Positions 30,628-42,030 of a stretch of 64,000 bases of DNA are shown piece by piece. Position 1 is the stretch's first letter; every line of letters begins with the position of its first letter. The position numbers were made by a program, and so were the translations under genes. The DNA is from a phage, in the sequence record PZ452578.1; one strand, given 5' to 3'. The notes under the pieces were generated by a model. That model was not told the DNA's origin. It ran no database searches and worked only from the letters and a program-made list of their open reading frames with translations.

Positions 30628-31088
30628 AGAGAGTCTCTTAATAGGTTTAACACATCAATAAATTCAGCTTCGGTTAGTATTGTATCATCTTTTGTTAGAC
30701 CACTAGCCATGCTGTGCTTCAAAACTTTTCCTTTCGAGGCTTGTAATGCATCACGAAAGCCCTTGTTTTGGATCGCTGCTTCAAAATATGCATTTGTGTA
30801 TAATTCTTTCCACGCCGGGGAGTATCTTGAAAACGGAACTCCAAGCCAGAAGAGGGTCCCACGGTCCTGAGCTCTAGCATAAGACCTTCCAGCTTGTTGA
30901 GCGGCAAGCCCGGATAACCCAAATATACGACGTTGTTGTTCAACATTTTTCACCTTACATCCTTGGAGGAATCCTTCGAGACCTCCAAATTGAATGCCAT
31001 CCATAACGAAAGGCCATTGGGCGAAATTACTTAATGCACATGATGGCCACCTAAAATTGCTTCTAATCTCTAACTCAGACATTTTCAA
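30624..31088 (-). CDS. 30.3: NADAR-like (YbiA/DUF1768-like) protein, 30.3
   Basis: 154 aa; LSNFAQWPFVMDGIQF...EGFLQGCKV resembles the remembered YbiA core FSNFAAWP...DG...EHYFQAQKF; recalled from memory. Confidence 0.55.
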   Translation of the reverse strand: MKMSELEIRSNFRWPSCALSNFAQWPFVMDGIQFGGLEGFLQGCKVKNVEQQRRIFGLSGLAAQQAGRSYARAQDRGTLFWLGVPFSRYSPAWKELYTNAYFEAAIQNKGFRDALQASKGKVLKHSMASGLTKDDTILTEAEFIDVLNLLRDSL

Positions 31089-31281
31089 TACTTATAATTT
31101 CAACATCAGCCCAATGACCATAGCAAGGAAGACGAAATTCAACTGGCCAGTTAGGGTCCTTTTCTAATATAATAGACTCAACTTGTGGTTCTTCATGTTC
31201 ATCAGTATATGGATTTTTATCTGTTACTTTATATGTTACCTTAATGTACTGAATTCCAAAAATCTTATTAATTATATTCAT
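31075..31281 (-). CDS. Hypothetical small protein
   Basis: 68 aa ORF in the tightly packed 30.x cluster. Confidence 0.6.
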   Translation of the reverse strand: MNIINKIFGIQYIKVTYKVTDKNPYTDEHEEPQVESIILEKDPNWPVEFRLPCYGHWADVEIISIENV

Positions 31282-31475
31282 ATTAATTCCTTTAATCCAT
31301 AGATAGGAGATAATTCATCGCCCATATGAAGGTCTTCATTTCCATCTACCCAAGAAACAATATAAGCCTCTTTTACTTGAACATCTCCCAATTTAAATGC
31401 GGGTAAAACCTTAGAAATTAATCCAGGTATACCAACTCCCTTTAATTCAACGGTTTGACCTAAAAAGAATTTCAT
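31278..31475 (-). CDS. Hypothetical small protein
   Basis: 65 aa ORF with overlapping stop/start on both sides. Confidence 0.6.
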   Translation of the reverse strand: MKFFLGQTVELKGVGIPGLISKVLPAFKLGDVQVKEAYIVSWVDGNEDLHMGDELSPIYGLKELI

Positions 31476-31813
31476 TAGAACCTCATCTGAAACCCATGTG
31501 ATTTAACATTACCGCCATTAATATCAGAACTATTAATTTCGCGTGCAATTGAGGGATCAATGTCAATTTCGCCATTAAGTTTAATGATAGACAAAGTATC
31601 ACGCCCATTTACAGTGCGAAACTCTAAAGGACAAACCACATCAACGTAGTTTTTAATCGATTCACTGGTAGGTTGCAAATGAGCAGGAAGGTCTTTGGAC
31701 GCCTTTGAGAAAACCACTTCACAGAAATTTTTACGGGTATCAAAATAAGTAGTCATAAACATAGTATTTTCCTCAGTAAGGGGCCGAAGCCCCTCATTTA
31801 TTTTAAATATCAA
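31475..31813 (-). CDS. Hypothetical protein
   Basis: 112 aa ORF in the 30.x cluster. Confidence 0.65.
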   Translation of the reverse strand: MIFKINEGLRPLTEENTMFMTTYFDTRKNFCEVVFSKASKDLPAHLQPTSESIKNYVDVVCPLEFRTVNGRDTLSIIKLNGEIDIDPSIAREINSSDINGGNVKSHGFQMRF

Positions 31814-32180
31814 ATTCGTTAAGAACTACATCAAAGATTGCTTCAAGATGCTCAGGTTTAGCTCTGTTACTCAGAATATGACGAATCCAAGTTTTAACCA
31901 AAAGCTTGCGATTATCACCATTCCAGCAAGGATGAGTCCCTAAATCACGTTGACGGAAATCATCATCCAGAGCGATTTTGAAGTTGGAACCTTCCATTGT
32001 GATTGAAACCGTGATACCGTTTTCAAATCGCATATAAACGTAGTTAGGAGTCATATACTGTTCAATTTCGCATACTGATCCATTTTGATGTTTCCAAAGG
32101 CAAATAGTATCAATAGAACCTGCAATACCATTAGAAACATATTTACGTTCAAAGTTGATGTAGTTCATTTTATTCTCCAA
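31803..32180 (-). CDS. Hypothetical protein
   Basis: 125 aa ORF in the 30.x cluster. Confidence 0.65.
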   Translation of the reverse strand: MENKMNYINFERKYVSNGIAGSIDTICLWKHQNGSVCEIEQYMTPNYVYMRFENGITVSITMEGSNFKIALDDDFRQRDLGTHPCWNGDNRKLLVKTWIRHILSNRAKPEHLEAIFDVVLNEFDI

Positions 32181-32235
32181 GATGTTTAATTGCGGTACAG
32201 GTATATAATATCATATCCTGTACCAAAGTAAACAA

Positions 32236-32568
32236 TTATTTTACTACTTTCCAATGCTGCATGTCAAGTTTACCAACTTTTTTCATCTTCTCAATTAAGC
32301 GTTCTGCACGTTGACGAGCTGTAACATAATGCCATTCGCCTAATTCATTTTGTTCAATTTTTCCAACGATTACTGTATTCAATTCATAAATCCAACCAGT
32401 AAAGAAATTATGAACTTGAATTGTAAAGGTGAAATCTGTTCCCATACCTTCTGTTGTTTCTACTTCAATAATATCACCTTCAACTGCCATTAAGAACCAC
32501 ATAGTTTCATTATATTTACCATTGAAGCATTTAGTTTTAACTGCAGCGTTCAGATTAATCGTTTTCAT
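32236..32568 (-). CDS. Hypothetical protein
   Basis: 110 aa ORF with a GGAGAA RBS, downstream of an early promoter. Confidence 0.7.
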   Translation of the reverse strand: MKTINLNAAVKTKCFNGKYNETMWFLMAVEGDIIEVETTEGMGTDFTFTIQVHNFFTGWIYELNTVIVGKIEQNELGEWHYVTARQRAERLIEKMKKVGKLDMQHWKVVK

Positions 32569-32595
32569 TTTATTCTCCTTTGTTTGTGTAAGATA

Positions 32596-32624
32596 ATACT
32601 ATCACAAAGGAACCATACTGTAAA
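32596..32624 (-). promoter_or_regulatory. Sigma70-like early promoter (-35 TTTACA, 17 bp, -10 TAGTAT)
   Basis: Minus strand GTTTACAGTATGGTTCCTTTGTGATAGTAT upstream of the 110 aa ORF. Confidence 0.65.
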
Positions 32625-32654
32625 CAACTTTATGCAATCTTTGGAAAATAAAAA

Positions 32655-32678
32655 AGGACTCCCGAAGGAGTCCTCAAC
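32655..32678 (-). terminator. Rho-independent terminator after 30.9
   Basis: AGGACTCC-TTCG-GGAGTCCT hairpin followed by TTTTTATTTT on the minus strand. Confidence 0.8.
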
Positions 32679-32855
32679 TTATGCTTTCTGCTTACCAAAA
32701 CGAGAAGCATCATCTCGAAGAACCGCACGTGCTCGACGCATGATCTTCTCAACAGTTTGATTGATACGAGAGTTCGACCCACGCTTGTAGCCAGCGCGTT
32801 TAGAATCACCAACTTTCTTTTCAACTGCTTTCTTTGCTTTAACTTGTTTTGCCAT
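32679..32855 (-). CDS. 30.9: Small basic protein 30.9
   Basis: ORF track gives 72 aa; the internal MAKQVKAKKAVEKK start gives a 58 aa Lys/Arg-rich protein. Confidence 0.65.
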   Translation of the reverse strand: MAKQVKAKKAVEKKVGDSKRAGYKRGSNSRINQTVEKIMRRARAVLRDDASRFGKQKA

Positions 32856-33143
32856 TATAAATTCTCTTTTAAATGAAAATGCAGGACTTATTGACATTGC
32901 CTGCGCAAGCCCTCAAGGGGAACATAGGTTTTTGGATATTTAACGACCAGGATAACCATAAACCCGTCATCATACCACCAAGACTTACACAGATAACACT
33001 TTTCTGACGCATGATAGTAACATTCAAGAGGTACACCGTAAAACTGCCGGGGTCTTAAAACTATAATGATTCGCAAATCATTAATCAGACAGTTCGACGG
33101 CTCCTCGATTTAGCTCACACTAAGGCAGTGAATCTCCAATAAA

Positions 33144-33392
33144 TTACTTCAATGTTACCACAAAGTGACGAACTGCTTTTCGCGCAGCAGAAGCCAAAGG
33201 CTTAGCATATTTAAGTTCATCTTTTTCCTGAAGCTCAGCAGCTAGTGCAGTTTGAGCAGGATTCAGATGTTTGAAATAACGCAGGATTTCAAGAGCTTCG
33301 GCTTCAACATCAATAGATGCGCCATAGTTTTCGTGACCATTATTCCATGCGTTTCGTTGCAGTTCAAGAGCGTGTTGTAATTGTTTAATCAT
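33144..33392 (-). CDS. rIII: rIII lysis-inhibition accessory protein
   Basis: 82 aa, T4 RIII length; position between the 30.x cluster and gene 31. Confidence 0.8.
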   Translation of the reverse strand: MIKQLQHALELQRNAWNNGHENYGASIDVEAEALEILRYFKHLNPAQTALAAELQEKDELKYAKPLASAARKAVRHFVVTLK

Positions 33393-33520
33393 TTAAAAAT
33401 TCTCGTTAGAGATTAAAACTCGGTAGTCACGTTCTTCTGAATTTCATCTTCTTTCGACAGATCTCTCAGTTGTAGACTACCACATAGAATTGTTCGGTTA
33501 ACTTATTATTCCGACACCCA

Positions 33521-33528
33521 ATTCATAT
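33521..33528 (-). promoter_or_regulatory. T4-type late promoter TATAAATA after the gene 31 stop
   Basis: Minus strand GTGATATAAATAATAAT just 3' of the gene 31 stop codon. Confidence 0.45.
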
Positions 33529-33539
33529 TATTATTTATA

Positions 33540-33875
33540 TCACTTATAAAGACACGGAATAGCTTTATAGTGACAAGTAACGAATTTTTGTTTAATTTCT
33601 TTTGGCTGCTTAAGACCCAGAGCTACAAAAGGATGCGGAACATTTCGAATTTGACCAACTGGAAGAGAAGTCAAATCACCAACTTCGCAGAAACCTTCAG
33701 GAACATCAGGACCGACAGAGTGAACTACACACAGTTCAGGAACTTCACCTTGAACACGTTTACCGATAATAAGTCCTGATTCTGTAACTTCTTCATCACC
33801 GGCTTGTGCAGGTTCAGAAACTAAAATAACATATTCACCGACAGCACGAATTGGTAGCTGTTGTACTTCAGACAT
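33540..33875 (-). CDS. 31: Co-chaperonin for GroEL, gp31
   Basis: 111 aa, T4 gp31 length. Confidence 0.88.
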
Positions 33876-33931
33876 CGTTTTTCCTTTTTGTTAACAGATG
33901 AATTAATAATAACAAATAATTCTTAAAGCAT

Positions 33932-34240
33932 TTATTTACCAATAAATTGGAGCAAATGCTCAACTTTCATACCATTAACGGAAATCAATTTGTCAATAGA
34001 AAAACCTCGCCATGCACCAAGCTCAACATCAAATACTGGAATCATGTCAGTAGATTCTTTCCGAGTAGATTCAGTCAATTTGCCAGTTTGCATGGTTGGC
34101 ATAAAGTCCGCGTCGCGAGTACCTTTCATAACACGAATAGTACCGTCAGACTTTTCAAAAACTACGTTTGAAACACCCATGGACAATTTAGTTTTCAAAA
34201 TTTCACGAATTGCTACTTTCTGCTCAGTTGTCAGTTTCAT
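33932..34240 (-). CDS. Hypothetical protein (T4 31.1 position)
   Basis: 102 aa ORF. Confidence 0.7.
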   Translation of the reverse strand: MKLTTEQKVAIREILKTKLSMGVSNVVFEKSDGTIRVMKGTRDADFMPTMQTGKLTESTRKESTDMIPVFDVELGAWRGFSIDKLISVNGMKVEHLLQFIGK

Positions 34241-34244
34241 TTAT

Positions 34245-34484
34245 TTACCATTTACCTATTACAGTTTTAATATGAGTTGTTCCACGTTCTTTAAGGGTGG
34301 AAAGTAATTTTTGGCATTTTTCTAAATCAGATTTCCAACTATATGGTTTATCAATACAAACCCAATTTGTCTTATAATACTGTTTCCATTTAGAGAAAAA
34401 ATATTTCTTATACTCTACAGCAAACGAGATGTTCTCATTAGAATAAGAACTAATTGCTGTGAGCTTTACCAAACGAAATTTCAT
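34245..34484 (-). CDS. Hypothetical protein (T4 31.2 position)
   Basis: 79 aa ORF overlapping the cd start. Confidence 0.65.
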   Translation of the reverse strand: MKFRLVKLTAISSYSNENISFAVEYKKYFFSKWKQYYKTNWVCIDKPYSWKSDLEKCQKLLSTLKERGTTHIKTVIGKW

Positions 34485-35065
34485 TATTCACCGCAGAATT
34501 CGTTGATATTTTCCCAGTTTAACTTATTCAAGTTTTTCTTAGGAACATTAAACACTTCAATACCTGCATTTCGCAGAATATCATCCCAGCCAGGTTTATT
34601 TTTATCATATGTTTCGCAATAAACCAGCTTTTTAATACCCGATTGAGCTATCGCTTTTGCACAATCTGGACAAGGAGAAAGTGTTACATACATAGTAGCA
34701 CCTTCAATAGAAGAACCATTTCGTGCAGCAAACAAAATTGCATTTAGCTCAGCATGAATTTCATTTTTAGACGACCATTCAGAGTGAGCGCTGCGGTGTT
34801 CTTTCGCCAAGACAAAACGATCAGTTGAACTAAATGATACACATTCGGGCTTATGACCTTGGATGATAGTATGTTTAGGTTTATTTAGCAACCAACCTTG
34901 CTCAGCAGCATAATCACAACAGTTCACACCCCCTGCGGGGGAACCATTATACCCAGTAGAAATAATACGTCCATTCTTTTCAATTACTGCTCCTACCTTC
35001 CAGGAGCAACATTTGGATTCTTGTGATACTAAATATGCAATTTGAAGTACTGTACTCGCTTTCAT
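34484..35065 (-). CDS. cd: dCMP deaminase
   Basis: 193 aa; zinc-binding HAELNAI and SPCPDCA motifs of the cytidine/dCMP deaminase fold. Confidence 0.92.
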   Translation of the reverse strand: MKASTVLQIAYLVSQESKCCSWKVGAVIEKNGRIISTGYNGSPAGGVNCCDYAAEQGWLLNKPKHTIIQGHKPECVSFSSTDRFVLAKEHRSAHSEWSSKNEIHAELNAILFAARNGSSIEGATMYVTLSPCPDCAKAIAQSGIKKLVYCETYDKNKPGWDDILRNAGIEVFNVPKKNLNKLNWENINEFCGE

Positions 35066-35400
35066 TTCATAATCACCAGATAAGCAGATTTAGCAGTTTC
35101 AACACGATAAATTTCGTGACGAAGTTTAGTTATACTTTTAATAACAGAACTAATTATATTCTGCCCATCTTTAAAGCGGTTTTTCTTATCAATAAAAACT
35201 GCGCCAACCATCTTTTTGTGAAGCTCAACTGGATACTTCGTCACAATAATAGCATCATACACAGAAGGATGAATACTATTCACCAGAGTATCATTCATTA
35301 AAGTTATTCTAATGAACTGTGCTGTTTCAGAATCAAGCGCTCTATGATCGCCAGTATCATTTTCAAGACAATTATCAATTATATCAGTTAAATTCATCAT
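35062..35400 (-). CDS. Hypothetical protein
   Basis: 112 aa ORF overlapping cd. Confidence 0.7.
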   Translation of the reverse strand: MMNLTDIIDNCLENDTGDHRALDSETAQFIRITLMNDTLVNSIHPSVYDAIIVTKYPVELHKKMVGAVFIDKKNRFKDGQNIISSVIKSITKLRHEIYRVETAKSAYLVIMK

Positions 35401-35636
35401 AGTACGCCATACACCCTTTGTGCTTCAACTAATCCATCAAAATCCAGTTTAAGATGCGATATTTGATCGCCATCACCTGGATTTACAATTACTAATACTG
35501 AACGAGGAGTTTCGGTAATAACACGAACCGATGTTTCAGGAAATCGTTCAGAAACCTTATTTACTAATTCCTGTGCAAATAGTTTAACTTTTTCTTGGAA
35601 TTCTTTAACAGTAATTGGTTTTTCACTTAGTAGCAT
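35397..35636 (-). CDS. Hypothetical protein
   Basis: 79 aa ORF. Confidence 0.65.
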   Translation of the reverse strand: MLLSEKPITVKEFQEKVKLFAQELVNKVSERFPETSVRVITETPRSVLVIVNPGDGDQISHLKLDFDGLVEAQRVYGVL

Positions 35637-36157
35637 GTTGATCCAAGCTCCTTACTTTCAACGTTTTTAACTAATTTGACAGAAACTAATTCAGCATCTT
35701 GAGTAATCATTACCGGGCCTTCTTCATACTCTTCAAGATATTCTAGAGCTTTCTTTTTAGCTTCTTCCTTCGTATCAGTTTGAGCATAGATATAGAACAT
35801 ACAACCAGTAATACCTACTACTTTCCACTTAATTTCTTTATCAGTTTTAATTTCAAATTTACTTACAGAATCATCTTTTTGAACTTCTTCGAAAAAAGAA
35901 TATTCTAACATATAAGCAATTGAAAATAGCGGGCTAACTTTATAGGATTCACCCATTACATCAACAGCTTTATACCAACAATCATCAATTTCGCGTTTAA
36001 TGCTAATAACATTTTTCGCAGGATCTATTTTTACTTTAAATGAATTTTCCCCAATAAACTGGGCAATTCGTTTATTAGCCCCGCAAGTTTCATTAAAAAT
36101 ATCTTTATATCCAGCTTTAAAGCGATAAACCTTATCTTCTTCAAACCATTCGCTCAT
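35627..36157 (-). CDS. Hypothetical protein
   Basis: 176 aa ORF. Confidence 0.7.
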   Translation of the reverse strand: MSEWFEEDKVYRFKAGYKDIFNETCGANKRIAQFIGENSFKVKIDPAKNVISIKREIDDCWYKAVDVMGESYKVSPLFSIAYMLEYSFFEEVQKDDSVSKFEIKTDKEIKWKVVGITGCMFYIYAQTDTKEEAKKKALEYLEEYEEGPVMITQDAELVSVKLVKNVESKELGSTCY

Positions 36158-36219
36158 TTCAATTTCCTCATTTGTTTTGGTAGAGCTATAATATCATAAC
36201 TCTACCGTAAAGTAAACTA

Positions 36220-36525
36220 TTAAATCGCTTTAAATTCTGACGTCTGTGATTTAAAGCGAATGTCGCCTTTGATAACTAGCTCAGCATCAAGACCAAATAC
36301 AACAATGATATGCGCGGAACCTGGATACAGCGTAATGGCAACAGAATCCACCTGGTCTGGAAGCAAAGTGTTCAATACATGAGTCACTTGAGCATGGATT
36401 CGAAGCTCAGCTGCGTTATCAAGTTTTTCAAACATATTATTAGCGATAATTTGGCTAAACACTACTTCTACGATTTTAGAATAAGTCGGAAACATATTTA
36501 CCTCACATAATTTTCTTCGAGCCAA
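36220..36525 (-). CDS. Hypothetical protein
   Basis: 101 aa ORF upstream of pseT. Confidence 0.65.
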   Translation of the reverse strand: MARRKLCEVNMFPTYSKIVEVVFSQIIANNMFEKLDNAAELRIHAQVTHVLNTLLPDQVDSVAITLYPGSAHIIVVFGLDAELVIKGDIRFKSQTSEFKAI

Positions 36526-36558
36526 TTAATAATACCCAAGTTTCATGGTGCAAAGCCA

Positions 36559-37759
<1,201 letters not shown>

Positions 37760-37763
<4 letters not shown>

Positions 37764-37990
37764 TTATTTTTCTCAACCAATGATTGAATATAATCATGCA
37801 GGTCTTTAGATGCTTTACCCCACTTATTTTGATATTCATTTTTGAGATTAGCACGTGATTGAGCTAATAAAACATCATTAGTTGGAGGTAAAGATTCTAA
37901 TCGTTGAATCTGGCGACCATAAATCATCGCTGCCATCTCGGATTCATAAATCAATCCTTTGAGATGTTCAAATTGATGCCATGAAATCAT
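37760..37990 (-). CDS. Hypothetical protein
   Basis: 76 aa ORF. Confidence 0.6.
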
Positions 37991-38286
37991 TTACATTTAT
38001 CCTCTTTTAGCTCTTGACGATAATAACATATCATAGTTTTTTGGTCATGTACATATCGTTTTACATCATTAAGCCAAATACGAAATTCCTGAGAATCTTC
38101 AAATGGCATACCAACCCAAGCTTTACCATCAATAACTTTAACTTGCCAAGATAATTTAGCTTCGTCATATGACTTTATTTGTACAGGCCAATTAGGATGA
38201 ACTGTTTCTTTCTTTACTTCTAGAGGCTTTGTCGAACAACCAACTAGAAGACCAATAGATAATATTACTGCTGATAATTTAATCAT
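37987..38286 (-). CDS. Putative outer-membrane spanin (lipoprotein)
   Basis: 99 aa; N-terminal signal MIKLSAVILSIGLLVGC with an LVGC lipobox; adjacent to the inner-membrane partner. Confidence 0.7.
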   Translation of the reverse strand: MIKLSAVILSIGLLVGCSTKPLEVKKETVHPNWPVQIKSYDEAKLSWQVKVIDGKAWVGMPFEDSQEFRIWLNDVKRYVHDQKTMICYYRQELKEDKCK

Positions 38287-38636
38287 TTAGAAAGGTCCTG
38301 GATGTCTTCTGCGAACTTGTTGAAGGAGTTGTTGATTTGTTTTTCAACCAATCCTGGCTTATGAGCCACCACATCCGCCTTCTTTGCATCTTTGCGCAGT
38401 TTTTCATTTTCACGCTCAATAGCAGCAATTGCCTCACGATTTTTATTATTCATCGCATCAATATAATTATACTGAATTCGCAAATTATCTAATGCTAAAG
38501 CGTTTTCATTGGCCGTTTTTGTAATTTCTACAACAGACGTTTCTAATCTTTCAATTTTATTTTTTAAAATTAAAGAAGTTCCGCCTAATGCAATTACAAT
38601 TAATAGCAAACCTGCTGTCGTATTACTTAATTGCAT
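38283..38636 (-). CDS. Putative inner-membrane spanin
   Basis: 117 aa; N-terminal hydrophobic helix TAGLLLIVIALGGTSLIL followed by charged coiled-coil-like sequence. Confidence 0.7.
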   Translation of the reverse strand: MQLSNTTAGLLLIVIALGGTSLILKNKIERLETSVVEITKTANENALALDNLRIQYNYIDAMNNKNREAIAAIERENEKLRKDAKKADVVAHKPGLVEKQINNSFNKFAEDIQDLSK

Positions 38637-39133
38637 AAAGTTTTAATAACCTCTATAATATCGTCTTGAGAAAGACCGTTAATTAAAATATGATGTTCAG
38701 CTGGAGATTTAGAAATTTTAAAGCATGCCTCAACATCTTCTGCCATATCCGATGCACTACGATTTGGATTACTAATACCAAGGCGGTGTTTTCCCGTCAA
38801 AGGATTAACGATGATATAGCATTTGCAGCTATTGATATGAACATTGGGTTGAGTCTGATTAATGAACACTTCACAATCATACTTAGCGAGTTGATTTTCT
38901 AAAAAGACTTTCATCTCTTCAACCGCATCAGGAAGCATATCACGGGCTTGCTCAAGACGACGATTTCGATATTCTTTAATGGTCGTTTTCCGCTTGACTT
39001 GCTTAGCTAAATCTTTCTTAAGATCGGTGATATATCCAACTCGACGATTTCCTTTGAATACAGAAATCCCATCTGTAGTATCACCGTATGCTTCAACGAC
39101 CATTTCAGTAGTAATAAGCTGCAAATCCATCAT
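38627..39133 (-). CDS. alc: Alc, inhibitor of host transcription
   Basis: 168 aa versus 167 in T4; position between rnlA and pseT; early promoter directly upstream. Confidence 0.75.
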   Translation of the reverse strand: MMDLQLITTEMVVEAYGDTTDGISVFKGNRRVGYITDLKKDLAKQVKRKTTIKEYRNRRLEQARDMLPDAVEEMKVFLENQLAKYDCEVFINQTQPNVHINSCKCYIIVNPLTGKHRLGISNPNRSASDMAEDVEACFKISKSPAEHHILINGLSQDDIIEVIKTLCN

Positions 39134-39191
39134 AAAGTCCTCATGTTATGTCAGTAAGACTACTATAACACAACACGAGGGACTTGTAAAC
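39134..39191 (-). promoter_or_regulatory. Sigma70-like early promoter with conserved leader (-35 TTTACA, -10 TATAGT)
   Basis: Minus strand GTTTACAAGTCCCTCGTGTTGTGTTATAGTAGTCTTACTGACATAACATGAGG; second copy of the cassette at 23607-23667. Confidence 0.7.
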
Positions 39192-39194
39192 AAC

Positions 39195-40782
<1,588 letters not shown>

Positions 40783-40790
40783 AATAAAAT

Positions 40791-40804
40791 GGGCCTTGCG
40801 GCCC
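40791..40804 (-). terminator. Hairpin after nrdB
   Basis: GGGCC-GCAA-GGCCC hairpin on the minus strand followed by ATTTTATT, right before the denA ATG. Confidence 0.6.
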
Positions 40805-40809
40805 ACTCC

Positions 40810-41979
40810 TTAAAAATATTTTTTAAAACTCATCATAACTTTATCATCAACATCATTATCAATCTGTGCAACAAGGTAAGATGACAGTTCTACTTCTTGC
40901 GGCGCGGATTGAACATTATCAGAATTAAGGTATTCACGAATCCAAGGATATGGATGTTTAACCGGAGCATCGGTAATTGGGCATGGAAGACCACACTGTT
41001 TCATACGAGATACAGTTAAGTAATCAATAAAGCTCCACATGCTATTTGTATTTAATCCAGGAACATCACCATCTTTAAATAAATGAACTGCCCAATCTTT
41101 TTCTTGGCGGTTAACTTCCATGAAAATATCAACTGCTTCTTGTTCACACTCTTGAGCAATTTTAACCCATTCATTGCCATCAATGCCAAGCTGAAGTTGA
41201 CGAATAATATATTGAGTGCCTTTAAGGTGAAGCTGTTCATCACGAGCAATGAACTTCATAATCTTGGCATTACCTTCCATGATTTCCATATTCTTGTGGA
41301 AGTTAAAGGTACATGCAAAAGATACATAAAAACGAATAGCTTCCAATGCGTTGATTACATGGAGGCAAAGATAAAGAGATTTCATCAGCTCTCGTTTGGC
41401 GTATTCAACGACTTTACCAAGTTCATCTTTGCGCCAACCTTCAGACAAAATTCCTTCGTATTCTTCTTTAGCGTTTTCCCATTCACGGGTTTTAACCAAG
41501 ACATCATCGTAATATCGCCCAATGGACTCAGCACGTTTCATAATAGCTTCATCTAATACAATCTCATCAAACACCTTCGATGGATCAGTATAAAGATTTC
41601 GCATGATATGAGTATATGAACGACTGTGAATAGTTTCACTAAAAGTCCATGTAGCAACCCATGTATCAAGGCTTGGGTCTGAAATTAATGACATAAGTAC
41701 AGCAGATGGTGCACGACCCTGAATGCTATCCAAAAGTGATTGATACTTCAGGTTGTTAGTAAAAATATTTTGCTGATACTGAGGAAGCTTATTAAATTGT
41801 GCAGCATCCATCATCAAGTTTACTTCTTCAGGACGCCAGAAAAATGACAATTGCTTTTCGGTTAAATCTTCAAAAACTTTATGACGTTGAATATCATAAC
41901 GTGCAATACCAAGACCTGAACCGAAGAACATAGGTTCTTTTAAAACATCAACTGGATTTGTATTAAAAACTGTGCTCAT
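40810..41979 (-). CDS. nrdB: Ribonucleotide reductase small subunit, uninterrupted
   Basis: 389 aa continuous ORF, near T4 NrdB length; no intron-sized interruption. Confidence 0.92.
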   Translation of the reverse strand: MSTVFNTNPVDVLKEPMFFGSGLGIARYDIQRHKVFEDLTEKQLSFFWRPEEVNLMMDAAQFNKLPQYQQNIFTNNLKYQSLLDSIQGRAPSAVLMSLISDPSLDTWVATWTFSETIHSRSYTHIMRNLYTDPSKVFDEIVLDEAIMKRAESIGRYYDDVLVKTREWENAKEEYEGILSEGWRKDELGKVVEYAKRELMKSLYLCLHVINALEAIRFYVSFACTFNFHKNMEIMEGNAKIMKFIARDEQLHLKGTQYIIRQLQLGIDGNEWVKIAQECEQEAVDIFMEVNRQEKDWAVHLFKDGDVPGLNTNSMWSFIDYLTVSRMKQCGLPCPITDAPVKHPYPWIREYLNSDNVQSAPQEVELSSYLVAQIDNDVDDKVMMSFKKYF

Positions 41980-42030
41980 AAATTTTCCACTTAGTTAATA
42001 GATAGTGACTCGTCCGTGAGTCAAATTATA

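Noticed and set aside
32888-33076. 62 aa minus-strand ORF between 30.9 and rIII (also the 64 aa ORF at 32630-32824)
   Set aside because: Overlap the 30.9 coding region or the terminator and promoter space, have no RBS and odd composition; likely non-coding regulatory spacer.
40783-40806. Longer denA start (GTG at 40806) from the ORF track
   Set aside because: The GTG has no spacing to its putative RBS and the extension covers the nrdB terminator hairpin; the ATG at 40782 gives 136 aa.
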